Assembly: GCA_951406725.2 (NCBI GenBank)
Contig: OX597824.1
Coordinates: forward strand, 16,802,001 to 16,866,000
Origin: Octopus vulgaris
Lineage: Eukaryota
DNA: 64,000 bases
Reading direction: 5' to 3'
Below, one piece after another: positions 13,682 to 24,708 of this stretch; position 1 is the stretch's first letter, and the number at the start of each line of letters is the position of its first letter. Position numbers and translations under genes: made by a program. Under the pieces are notes generated by a model. The model did not search any database. It was not told the DNA's origin and saw only the letters and a list, made by a program, of their open reading frames with translations.

Positions 13682-13871
13682 TAGACACATACATGCATGC
13701 ATACATACAAATATATACACACGTGTGTGTGTATTGTTTTCATTTTCTCCTCAACAATCTATTAACTATGATTTGAAGAGTAATGTTGCATTGTCGCTGT
13801 TGTGTTGCTGATGTTGATGCTATAGGTATGACCAATTTTTTTCAAAAATTTACGGTAGGTTTTCTTACAAG

Positions 13872-14350
13872 AGACACTGGGGTAAAATATACGAAGCCCA
13901 CTGTATCCATCATGACTACCCGTCTGATAAGGGTGCACCAGGCACATGCATCACAACTATATGTGCACGACATGGTGATCTTATATCAAGATAAACAGCA
14001 CATGACCTTGCAGGTGGGGTCCAGTTAGAATTTTGTTCGGGTTGTGTAGCCCATCCCGCTCAAAATGTCCCTGAGTAAGTTTTGTTTAAGGATGTTGAAC
14101 GAAACACCCATGTTTCCAGAGGTGAATTACCCGAACCTCCAAGAAATCCTTTCAACACACGGCTCTGATGCTCCCCCACTACTTCTGCTCGTGATCAGAG
14201 ATGCACATATGGTCAGCCACTAAGGGACATGGTCAACTGGTTATGGTCAAACAACAGATCAGTAAATCTGTGGTATTGAGCAGAATATTTGCTGTAGCCC
14301 GTCTTTTATACCAAGACAAAACATGACAACACTTCCAATCATATAAGAAC
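13872..14350 (-). mobile_element. SINE-like family E, longest copy
   Basis: Homologous to 1280-1566 and 955-1060. Confidence 0.65.
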
Positions 14351-14759
14351 AAAATCCACGAAAGCCTATTATTACTATTATTATTGTGGAGACGCATGGC
14401 TTCGTTGTTAAGGTGTTGGATTCATGATCGCAAGATTGTGGTTTCGATTCCTGGTCCGGACTATGCGTTGGGTTCTTGTTCAAAATACTTCATTTCACGT
14501 TGCTCAAAAAAAAAAGATAGTAGAAAGGATTATTATTATAGGCGTCAAAGTACTTAGCAGCATTTCGTCTGCTTTACCTTCTGAGTTTAAATTACGTCGG
14601 GGTCATCTTTGCCATTCATACTTTCAGGCCCATAAATTAAGCAGCAATAAAAAAGTCATTTCCTCCCCCAAAATTTCAGGCCTTGTGCATTGAGAAGAAA
14701 GGAGTATATGATTCTTATACCGGAATATGTAATGAATATCCTTGTTATTCATTAAAAGT

Positions 14760-14904
14760 TAACAGTGCTATTTTCATATCGACTTTACATGGGCCTGATA
14801 TTATAAGCGGCTATCAATAAGCATATTTTGAGTTCAAACCCAGTAAAAGCGCTTCATCGTTGTTTACGTCCTCACAATCTTTTGTTTATATGTTGATAAT
14901 ACAT
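14760..14904 (-). pseudogene. Decayed CRESS-virus capsid-like N-terminus (Arg-rich)
   Basis: From the ATG at 14904 the minus strand reads MYYQHINKRL*GRKQR*SAFTG. Reverting CpG transitions (CAA/CAT/TGA to CGA/CGT/CGA) gives MYYRRINKRLRGRKRRRSAF. It diverges from the Rep ATG at 14990. Confidence 0.5.
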
Positions 14905-14949
14905 GAGCGAGATACACTTAAAATGTATAACCAGAGAATATATTTCTGT

Positions 14950-14988
14950 GTATATATAGAGTGAATTCTGGTTTAGTACTACAGTCAA
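14950..14988 (+). promoter_or_regulatory. Putative CRESS replication origin: TATA-like run plus nonanucleotide TAGTACTAC
   Basis: TATATATA at 14951-14958; TAGTACTAC at 14974-14982 (one mismatch from TAGTATTAC) in a weak stem TGGTT/AGTCA, 7 nt before the Rep ATG. Intact again at 17154-17162; mutated at 15692-15700 and 16437-16445. Confidence 0.6.
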
Positions 14989-14989
14989 G

Positions 14990-15097
14990 ATGCCTCACCA
15001 TCCACGATACACCAGATTCTGCTTTGCACTTAACAACTATGACGATGTCGACGTTTATAGACTTCAGCATATGGAGCATATTCGTTATATGGTTTTT
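14990..15097 (+). pseudogene. rep: CRESS-DNA virus Rep N-terminal fragment, copy 1
   Basis: MPHHPRYTRFCFALNNYDDVDVYRLQHMEHIRYMVF: RCR motif I plus the Y.VFG strand; truncated before motif II (HLQG). Confidence 0.75.
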
Positions 15098-15707
15098 CGA
15101 AAATTGTCACCGAAAATTTTCCCCAAAAATTGTTGGAAAATTTTTGCCGAAAATTTTCCCAAAAAATATTTCGAAAATTTTCACTGAAAATTTTACCCAA
15201 AAATTTTTCGGAAATTTTCACCAAAAATTTTACCCAAAAATTTTTCGAAAATTTTCACCGAAAATTTTACCCAAAAATTTATCGAAAATGTTAATCGAAG
15301 ATTTTACCCAAAAATTTATCGAAAATTTTCACTGAAACTTTTACCCAAAAATTTTGCGAAAATTTTCACCGAAAATTTTACCCAAAAGATTTTCGAAAAT
15401 TTTCACCAAAAAGTTTTCGATAATTTTTGCCGAAAATTTTACCCAAGAATTTTTTGGAAAATTTCACCGAAAATTTTACCCCAAAGTTTTTCGAAAATTT
15501 TCACCAAAAATTTTACCCAAAAATTTTCCGAAAATTTTCACCGAAAATTTTTAAGGAAGATTTTCGAAAAATTTTTGGGGAAAATTTTCGAAAATTTTCC
15601 CCGAGCTGAGAATAGATTTATGTTATGGCTAAAAATAGATCTTTAGGTGGCTGCTGCTGCTTTCTGTATACCTATAGAGTGAATTCTGGTTTACTACTAA
15701 AGTCAAG

Positions 15708-15806
15708 ATGCCTCACAATCCACGATACACCAGACTCTGCTTTACACTTAACAACTATGACGATGTCGACGTTTATAGACTTCAGCATATTCGTTATATC
15801 ATGTTT
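15708..15806 (+). pseudogene. rep: CRESS Rep N-terminal fragment, copy 2
   Basis: MPHNPRYTRLCFTLNNYDDVDVYRLQHIRYIMF (9-nt deletion relative to the other copies). Confidence 0.75.
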
Positions 15807-16452
15807 TACCCAAAAATTTTCACCGAAAATTTTACCCAAAAATTTGACGAAAACAAAAATTTTTTGAAAATTTTGCGGAAAATTTTACCCAAAAATTCTT
15901 CGGAAATTTGAACCAAAAATTTTTCGAAAATTTGAACCAAAAATCTTTCGAAAATTTTTACCGAATATTTTACCTAAAAGTTAAAAAAAAATTTTACCAA
16001 AAATTTTTCGAAAATTTTCACCGAAAATTTTACCGAAAAATTTTTCGAAAATTTTCACCGAAAATCTTACCCAAAAATTCTTCGGAAATTTTCACCAAAA
16101 GTTTTTCGAAAATTTTCCCCAAAAGTTTTCCCCAAAAGTTTTTCGAAAATTTTCACCGAAATTTTACTCAAATGTTTTTCGAAAATTTTAACCAAAAATT
16201 TTACCCAAAATTTTTCGAAAATTTTCAACAAAAATTTTTAGAAAATTTTACCCAAAAGTTTTTCGAAAATTTTCACCAAAGGTTTTTCGAAAATTTTCAC
16301 CAAAGATTTTTCGATAATTTTTGACAAAAATTTTACTCAAGAATTTTTGGAAAATACATTTATGTTATGGCTAAAATTAGAATCTTAGGTGGCTGCTGCT
16401 GCTGCTTTCTGTGTATATATAGAGTGAATTCTGGTTTACTACTACAGTCAAC

Positions 16453-16563
16453 ATGCTTCACCATCCACGATACACCAGATTCTGCTTTACACTTAACAAC
16501 TATGACGATGTCGACGTTTATAGACTTCAGAATATGGAGCATATTCGTTATATGGTTTTTCGG
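16453..16563 (+). pseudogene. rep: CRESS Rep N-terminal fragment, copy 3
   Basis: MLHHPRYTRFCFTLNNYDDVDVYRLQNMEHIRYMVF. Confidence 0.78.
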
Positions 16564-16652
16564 ATATTTTCACCGAAAATTTTACCCAAAAATTTTTCGA
16601 AAATTTTACCCAATAATTTGTCGAAAATTTTCACTGAAAATTTTACCCAAAA

Positions 16653-16874
16653 ATGGCTTTCCATACTTTGTGATTTTGGCACTGCTGGCCTTCCATACTT
16701 TGTGATTTTGGCACCGCTGGCCTTCCATACTTTGTGATTTTGGCACCGCTGGCCTTCCATACTTTGTGATTTTGGCACCGCTGGCCTTCCATACTTTGTG
16801 ATTTTGGCCACCGCTAGCCTTCCATACGTTCTGATTTTGGCACCGCTGGCCTTCCATACTTTGTGATTTTGGCA
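16653..16874. repeat. 32-bp minisatellite, about 7 copies
   Basis: Unit TGGCCTTCCATACTTTGTGATTTTGGCACCGC. Confidence 0.95.
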
Positions 16875-16997
16875 TTTTCACCGAAAATTTTACCCAAAGA
16901 TCTTTCGAAAATTTTCACTGAAAATTTTAACCAAAAATTTTTCGACAATTTTCACCAAAAATTTTTCCAAAAAATTTTTTGAAGATTTTCAACGAAA

Positions 16998-17050
16998 ACG
17001 ATGTCGACGTTTATAGACTTGTGGAGCATATTCGTTATATAGTTTTCGGC
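16998..17050 (+). pseudogene. Partial fifth Rep fragment
   Basis: CGATGTCGACGTTTATAGACTT...GGAGCATATTCGTTATATAGTTTTCGGC (ends HIRYIVFG). Confidence 0.7.
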
Positions 17051-17169
17051 ATTTTCACCGAAAATTTTACCCAAAAATAGATTTATGTTATTGCTGAAAA
17101 TAGATCTTTATGTGCCTGCTGCTTTCTGTGTATATATAGAGTGAATTCTGGCTTAGTACTACTGTCAAG

Positions 17170-17278
17170 ATGCCTCACCAACCACGATACACCAGGTTCT
17201 GCTTTACACTTAACAATTATGACCATGTCGACGTTTATAGACTTCAGTATATGGAGCATATTCGTTATATGGCTTTTC
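17170..17278 (+). pseudogene. rep: CRESS Rep N-terminal fragment, copy 4
   Basis: MPHQPRYTRFCFTLNNYDHVDVYRLQYMEHIRYMAF, preceded by an intact TAGTACTAC. Confidence 0.78.
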
Positions 17279-18167
17279 GAAAATTTTTACCGAAAATATT
17301 ACCCACAAATTTTTCGGAAATTTTTATCGAAAATTTTACCCGAAAATTTTTCAGAAATTTTCACCAAAAATTTTGCCCAAAAACTTTTCGAAAATTTTCG
17401 CTGAAAATTTTACCCATAAATTTTTCGAAAATTTTCACCGAAAATTTTACTCAAAAATTCTTCGGAAATTTTCACCAAAAATTTTTCGAAAATTTTCACC
17501 AAAAATTTTTCGAAAATTTGACCCAAAAATTTTTCGAAAATTTTCACCGAAAATTTTCACTGAAAATTTTACACAAAAACTTTTCGAAAATTCTCACCAA
17601 AAATTTTTCGAAAATTTTCACCAAAAATTTTTAGAAAACTTTCACCGAATATTTTACCCAAAAATTTTTCGAAAATTTTCGCGAAGAATTTTTCGAAAAT
17701 TTCCACCGAAAATTTTACCCAAAAATTTTTCGAAAATCTTCCCCGAAAATTTACCCCGAAAATTTTCCGAAAATTTTCACCATAAATTTTACACAAAAAT
17801 TATTAGAAAATTTTCACCGAAAATTTTACCCAAAAGTTTTCACCAACAAATTTTCGAAAATTTTCATGAAAAATTTTCACTAAAAATTTTTTGAAAATTT
17901 TCACCGAAAATTTTCCCAAAAATTTTTCGAAAATTTTCAAAATTTTCCGAAAATTTTAAGCAAAAATTTTTCGGAAATTTTCACCGAAAATCTTCACCAA
18001 AAATTTTTCGAAAATTTTTAACCGAAAATTTTACCCAAAAATTTTTCGAAAATTTTCACCGAAAATTTTACCCAAAAATTGTTCGGAAATTTTCACCAAA
18101 AATTTTTCGAAAATTTTACCCAAAAATATTTCGAAAATTTTCCCGAAAATTTTTCCGAAAATTTTCA

Positions 18168-18623
18168 CAATGCATTATTTTCACAATAACTTGAAAGTAC
18201 TCCCCAGAATTGAGGTGGTTTCACGGCAAAGAATTCATCAAGGTATCTTTTTACGTCATCCAAGTAATTGAAATTTTTAACATTAAGACTATTCTGCAGA
18301 GACCTGAATAAGTGGAAATCCGAAGGAGCAATATCTAGTGAATATGGAGGGCGAGGTTACACATCCCAACCGAGCTGCAGTAATTTTTGTCAGGCTCCCA
18401 AAGCATCAAGTGCCGAAAATGAGCTTTCTTATCTTCCATTTTAAAGGGTTACAGAATTAACACAGTTTATGGGAACATAAACCTTCTTCCACGAAAAGAT
18501 AGCTTAAACTGTGCTCTAAATGGGGCTGTAGTCAAATCCTATTTTATGGACTCAACCATGTTCTAAAATAAGTCGAAATGTAAGCTACTATAAATCGGTA
18601 CGAACTTTTCGGACAACCCAATA
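18168..18623 (-). mobile_element. Internally deleted mariner (DD34D) remnant
   Basis: Minus strand QKLLQLGWDV*PRPPYSLDIAPSDFHLFRSLQNSL (YSPDLAPSD motif); TIR-like end TATTGGGTTGTCCGAAAAGTTCGTACCG at 18596-18623. Confidence 0.85.
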
Positions 18624-19187
18624 TATATTGCTGCAAAAGGAGCTCATATTATTTAACGAGAAGAGAAATAACTACGTTGTAAATATACCGGAATAAAAAT
18701 ACATATACATACATTCATTCATTCATTCTTTCTGGACGAAGCACACTCTGGTAACTAATGCCCAGCTCCTGCATTCGTCAGCAAAATAATGATGCCGGTA
18801 ATAATGGGAGAATTGAATTGACATTGTGCCCTCTACACACAATGCACGCCACCCTGTTTAAATATATTCAGTGTATGGCTACCGAATACAAGAAATGTAT
18901 GAAACGCATAACCGAACATTTTATTTATTATGATTATTTTTATTTTTTGGAAGCTGTAACAGAGGTTTCAATAATGCATACACGTTGTACAATGTCAACA
19001 ATACATATACATTTCTCTAGGTTCTCTGCTCCAGAATATTATCATAACTGTCTGTCAATATGTCTACATGTCTGTCTGTCTGTTTGCTGTCTACCCTTTT
19101 GTTTCTTTGTCTTCCTCTATCTAGTTCCCCTTTTCTGACTAAAACTTGCTCAATGTGGTGCCTAAGCATGGCCGCAGTCTGATAGAT

Positions 19188-19248
<61 letters not shown>

Positions 19249-19317
19249 ATGTGTGTGTGTGTGTGTGTGTGTGAAAGTGTGTAAGCGTGTGTGTGTAGAT
19301 ATTATAATCATAAATAG

Positions 19318-19530
19318 AGTAATCCGTCGCCATATCGCGGTTTACCTATCGGGGTTTATTATTTAAGCTTACGGCGATCCCTCCGTGGTGTTGTTTTGCA
19401 TTTATAATAAAACAAATATATACAAATTATGAAAATAATAAAAAAAACAATATACATCTTAGTACTGTTCCTACTTCGCTGATTTTCACCTATCGCGGGA
19501 TGTTTTGGAACATAACACTCGCGATAGAAA
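19318..19530. mobile_element. Tigger/pogo-like MITE remnant
   Basis: AGTAATCCGTCGCCATATCGCGG...GATTTTCACCTATCGCGGG...GGAACATAACACTCGCGATA resembles Tigger-type termini. Confidence 0.5.
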
Positions 19531-20092
19531 GATAGATAGATTGGTAGACAGAGAGTTATGCTTAAATATACTCAAGCACTCTCACATACATATATGTCTG
19601 TACGCGTAACTTACTCTTAAATGCTACGATATTCGTCGCAGTGTATAAAACGTGTTTATATATCTCTCTATAGGTTTAAATTATCGAATAGTTACGTATA
19701 AAGAATGCGAAAGAATACGAGTTAAGAATTTTTCATCGATATCCAGAGAGGCGACTTATCTTCATCACAGAATCTCATTCAGCACCTTGAAACTAAGTCA
19801 TCGACACTTTGTTATATCATGGTCGCAATTCTAGAAAAAAACATATCAAATTCGACGGCAGTTTTCTCGCAGAACACAGACACAACGAATGGCTTCCTAC
19901 ATTAAGGCACACACAGCCAATAACGATGACACATGGACAATACGATAACAGTTTTAGTAGGAGAATGGTATAACGATTACATAACAGGTGAGTATTTGCG
20001 GGAGAGGCGTGAACAGAAATTGAATAATAGGCACGCAGTGTATTTGTGTGTGTTATGAGTGTATGCGAGAGCGTGAAAATATATGCATGTAC

Positions 20093-20132
<40 letters not shown>

Positions 20133-20359
20133 GCACGTGTGGGCGTGTGTGTATACTTTACTGTTCGATTATAGGTAGGATCAACAACAAGGGAAGTTAC
20201 ATATCATTTAGAATACATAGTGTTTAAATATGAGCCACTAATAGTTTCATGCCGTGGGAACACAATATTTCGGCATACTTTTATAACTCCACGGCGTGAA
20301 AGTATTAAACACTGTATATTATATTATATCATATTATATTATATTATATTATATATTAA

Positions 20360-20590
20360 AGGGAATGAAAAATGAAATAATATAGGATACTTTAATGATT
20401 TATTTTTCATTCTCTTCGAAGTCTTATTCCTAATAATGGTTTGGAATTTAACAGTTCTTTCTAGCGTGCAAGGTGTCCTATAACGGATACCTCTTATGTG
20501 TTTAAATGTACACTGTATTTATATGAATAATATATAGTCTATAGACTAATTTTCTTTACACGCTAGGCCACTGGTTGTAGAAATTTCTAA
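20360..20590 (-). repeat. Diverged copy of the 11900-12100 repeat arm
   Basis: TCTTATGTGTTTAAATGTACACTGTAT...GAATAATATATAGTCTAT...TACACGCTAGGC is the reverse complement of ~11925-12090. Confidence 0.7.
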
Positions 20591-20644
20591 TATTTGTCAT
20601 TACCCTTGATATTATATATATATATATATATAAATATATATTCA

Positions 20645-20746
<102 letters not shown>

Positions 20747-21288
20747 TACATAGATACACACACATACGTATTATATATATATATATATATATATGCTTGT
20801 GTTATACTTACATATGTTTGTGTGTGTTTGTGTCTATGTGTGTGTATGCGTGAATGAATGCGCATTTAGTGTGGGGTTGTGGAGTTGATAGGGGGCCTAG
20901 AAGATAATGGAATGTGTTCCTTTTTTTTATACCGCTGGCAGACGATGCTAGTAGGTCATTTGGACGGGAGGAAATCCTCAAAAACTCCCGTATTCTTTAT
21001 ATCAGTTATTGGTTAGATATGTCCTCATTAGACAATAGTTTATCTAAATCAAGTGGAATACTTTATGTTATTTTTCTGACCCCGGGGGCACCGTCTACTG
21101 CACACAATAAATGGTTCCATTTAGACTCGGGGACTAACATTGTTCCCTATTATTATCTTTATTAATATCAAGGCTTTCCATTTGTCCCCCAACTAGCTGT
21201 ATTCACAGTGATTAATGACTGACTGAGATTTTCAAGTATAAAAGGAAGCTTTACTGATTTACTTATGATAGTCCCTAGTCTATTGATT

Positions 21289-21358
21289 TTCTTCTTCTTC
21301 TTCTTCTTCTTCTTCTTCTTCTTCTTCTTCTTCTTCTTCTTCTTCTTCTTCTTCTTCT

Positions 21359-21414
<56 letters not shown>

Positions 21415-21437
21415 TTCTTATTCTTCTTCTTCTTCTT

Positions 21438-21470
<33 letters not shown>

Positions 21471-21520
21471 ATTATTATTGTTGTTGTAGTTGTTTTTACT
21501 ATTGTTATTATTATTATTAC

Positions 21521-21577
<57 letters not shown>

Positions 21578-21848
21578 CATTATTATTATTATTATTATCG
21601 TCATCGTCATCCTCATCTTCATCACATTCACCATGATCATCGTCATCTACTCGTCGTTGTCGTCATCATCATCATCACCACCACCATCACCACCACCACT
21701 ATCATCATCATCATCATCATCATCATCATTATTTTTTATTGTTGTCATTATCGTCATTATTATTATTTTATTATTTATTTTTTGTTATTTATTATTACTA
21801 TTTATTTTTTTATTGTTCATTCTTTTATTATTAGTATTATTATTATTA

Positions 21849-21885
<37 letters not shown>

Positions 21886-21886
21886 C

Positions 21887-21920
<34 letters not shown>

Positions 21921-21955
21921 CTATTATTATTATTATGATTATTATTATTATTATG
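21289..21955. repeat. Compound (CTT)n-(ATT)n-(ATC)n microsatellite
   Basis: Direct reading of the sequence. Confidence 0.95.
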
Positions 21956-22560
21956 AATTCTAGCTCAAAGAAGAAATTTGAAGAAATACTTGTTATTGAA
22001 ATCTACGACTACTTCATTACAAGAACCACAGATGATCACGAGAGAGAGAGAGAGAGAGAGAGTGAGGGGGGAAGAGAAAGGAAGAGAGAGAGAGCGAGAG
22101 AGAGAGAGCGAGAGAGAGAAATCTTTGTTAACTCTATACATTTTACCGTTTTTTGATATGGTAGCAGTGCCCTAATTGTTACTGTAAAATACCGTTTTTT
22201 TATTCTTTCGCAAAATACAAAGGGAAGTATTATAGGAATAACCATGAATACACAGATGCACACATACATGTAAGCATATACATACAGTCATGTATACATG
22301 CATCTATATATAGATCTTAAATCAAACGGAAAAAAAATCATAAAAACAATCAAAACATAATAATCCTTGTCATTTTGTGGCTGGTTTGAATTATACTAAG
22401 GACGTACATACATACATACATACATACATACATACATACATACATACATACATACATACATACATACATACATACATGCATACATACATACATACATACA
22501 TACATACATACATACATACATACATGCATACATACATACGTACATACATGCATACATACA

Positions 22561-22594
<34 letters not shown>

Positions 22595-22661
22595 CATATA
22601 TACATACATATATAGATAGATATCTTGTCATACATGCATATAAGCAAACTTACTGAGCTGA

Positions 22662-23040
22662 TTCCGGGTTCAGTTCCGTTGTGTGGCCCCTTGGGAAATT
22701 GTCTTCTACTATAGCATCGGGCAGACGAAAGTATTGTGAGTGGATTTGGTAGACGGAAACTGAAAGAAGCCTGTCATATATATATATATACATATATATA
22801 TAAATATATATATATATATTTGTGTGTATGTGTGTGTGTGTGTATATGTGTGTGTGCTTGTCACCCCACCATCACTTAACACCCACGTTGGTGGGTTTTC
22901 GTTCCAGTAACATAACGGTTCGGCAAAAGAGAATGATAAGCATAAGTACTAGGCTTACAAGGAATAAGTCCTGGGGTCGATTTGTACGACTAAAGGCCGT
23001 GATTTATCAAGGCCGCAGTCAAATGTCTGAAACAAGTAAA
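22662..23040 (+). mobile_element. SINE family A copy (5' truncated)
   Basis: Homologous to 8525-8930. Confidence 0.8.
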
Positions 23041-23048
23041 TAAATGAA

Positions 23049-23095
<47 letters not shown>

Positions 23096-23302
23096 GCAAA
23101 AAACAAAAGCAGGAGAGGGAGCAACGAGGAGGTATTTTAGCCTTTGACGTTTCGAGAGTATGCTCCTCGAAAGAAAAGGAATAGTGTAAAAAGTACGATG
23201 GTATTAACGGTTTAACGATATATATATATATATATATATATAGCGAGAGAAAGAGAGAGAGGGGTGTATATATATATATAAATATATATATAACCATGCA
23301 CC

Positions 23303-23533
23303 TGGTTTCCCGGTTTCTATGGCGTATGTGGCCCCCAACCCCATCGCAGCGTTACTAAAGAAACTGGAAGAAAGAGTGAGAGAAAGTTGGGGCGAAAGAG
23401 TACAACAGGGGTCGCCACCACCCGCTGCCGGAGCCTCACGGACCTTTAGGTGTTTTCACTCAATAATCACACACAACGCCCGGTCTAGGAATCGAAACGA
23501 CGATCCTCCGATTACTGGGCCATTGCGCCTCCA
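23303..23533 (-). mobile_element. SINE family B copy
   Basis: Reverse complement of 63722-64000 with deletions. Confidence 0.8.
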
Positions 23534-23679
23534 CGCTGGTCAGTTTTTTTGAAGCAAATTGTTTAAATATGGGTTTTAAAATACAAGATGTAATTATGTG
23601 TGTTCTAAAGGCGAGTTTTACCCATACAGCAACAATAATAATGATAATAATTCTTTCTGCTCTAGGCAATTTTTTTCGG

Positions 23680-24020
23680 AGACCCCCCTTCGGTCACGAC
23701 ACAGACCATGAGATTGTACCTAGAAATTTACCCTCCTAGACACAAGTCCGGGCGAGGTTGTTTTTATGGAAGACCAGCAGTCGCCCATGCATACCAGCCT
23801 CCCCTCTCCACGCCACCAGTGTTATCCAAGGGAAAGACAAAGGTCGATACAGCTTGGAACCAGTGACATTGCAACTCATTTCTACAGCTGAGTGAACTGG
23901 AGCAACGTGAAATAAAGTGCCTTGCTCAAGAACACAACACGCAGCCCGGTCCGGGATTCGAGCTCACAACCTCACAATCGTAAGCTCGACGCTCTAACCA
24001 CTGAGCCATGCTCCTTCACA
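23680..24020 (-). mobile_element. SINE family D (tRNA-Arg(ACG)-like head, CORE-like body)
   Basis: Head GGCTCAGTGGTTAGAGCGTCGAGCTTACGAT...GCTCGAATCCC and body GTTCTTGAGCAAG.CACTTTATTTCAC; homologous to 41620-41948 and 53861-54197. Confidence 0.85.
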
Positions 24021-24100
24021 ACAATAGGCAATAGGCCTGGAATATTGTGGGAGAAAATTAAGTCGATCACATCGACCCCAGTGCTCGACTGGTACTTATT

Positions 24101-24708
24101 TAAGGCAGCGAGCTGGCAGAAACGTTAGCACGCCGGGCGAAATGCGTAGCCGTGTTTCGTCTGCCGTTACGTTCTGAGTTCAAATTCCGCCGAGGTCGAC
24201 TTTGCCTTTCATCCGTTCGGGGTCGATAAATTAAGTACCAGTTACGCACTGGGGTCGATGTAATCGACTTAATCCCTTTGTCTGTCCTTGTTTGACCTCT
24301 CTGTGATTAGCCCCTTGTGGGTGGTAAAGAAATAGGTATTTCGTCTGCCGTTACGTTCTGAGTTCAAATTCCGCCGAAGTCGACTTTGCCTTTCATCCGT
24401 TCGGGGTCGATAAATTAAGTACCAGTTACGCACTGGGGTGCGATGTAATCGACTTAATCCCTTTGTCTGTCCTTGTTTGTCCTCTCTGTGATTAGCCCCT
24501 TGCGGGTGGTAAAGAAATAGGTATTTCGTCTGCCGTTACGTTCTGAGTTCAAATTCCGCCGAGGTCGACTTTGCCTTTCATCCTTTCGGGGTCTATAAAT
24601 TAAGTACCAGTTACGCACTGGGGTGGCGATGTAATCGACTTAATCCGCTTGACTCTCCTTGTTTGTCCCCTCTGTGTTTAGCTCCTTGTGGGTAGTAAAG
24701 AAATTGGT
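24101..24708 (+). mobile_element. SINE family C with three tandem ~185-bp bodies
   Basis: One head, then three near-identical units joined at AAAGAAATAGG|TATTTCGTCTG. Confidence 0.9.

Larger units (their letters stand above)
15093..18167. repeat. Interrupted A4-5T4-5 palindromic satellite
   Basis: 12-13-nt subunits CCGAAAATTTTA / CCCAAAAATTTTT / CGAAAATTTTCA in blocks at ~15093-15603, 15805-16355, 16565-16652, 16875-16997, 17051-17078 and 17275-18167. Confidence 0.95.

Noticed and set aside
16653-16874. CRISPR array or continuation of Rep motif II
   Set aside because: Contiguous tandem repeat without spacers; the translation GTAGLPYF does not contain the HUH (HLQG) motif.
20914-21165. 83-aa ORF or decayed element
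   Set aside because: No recognisable motif on either strand; the minus frame has several stops.
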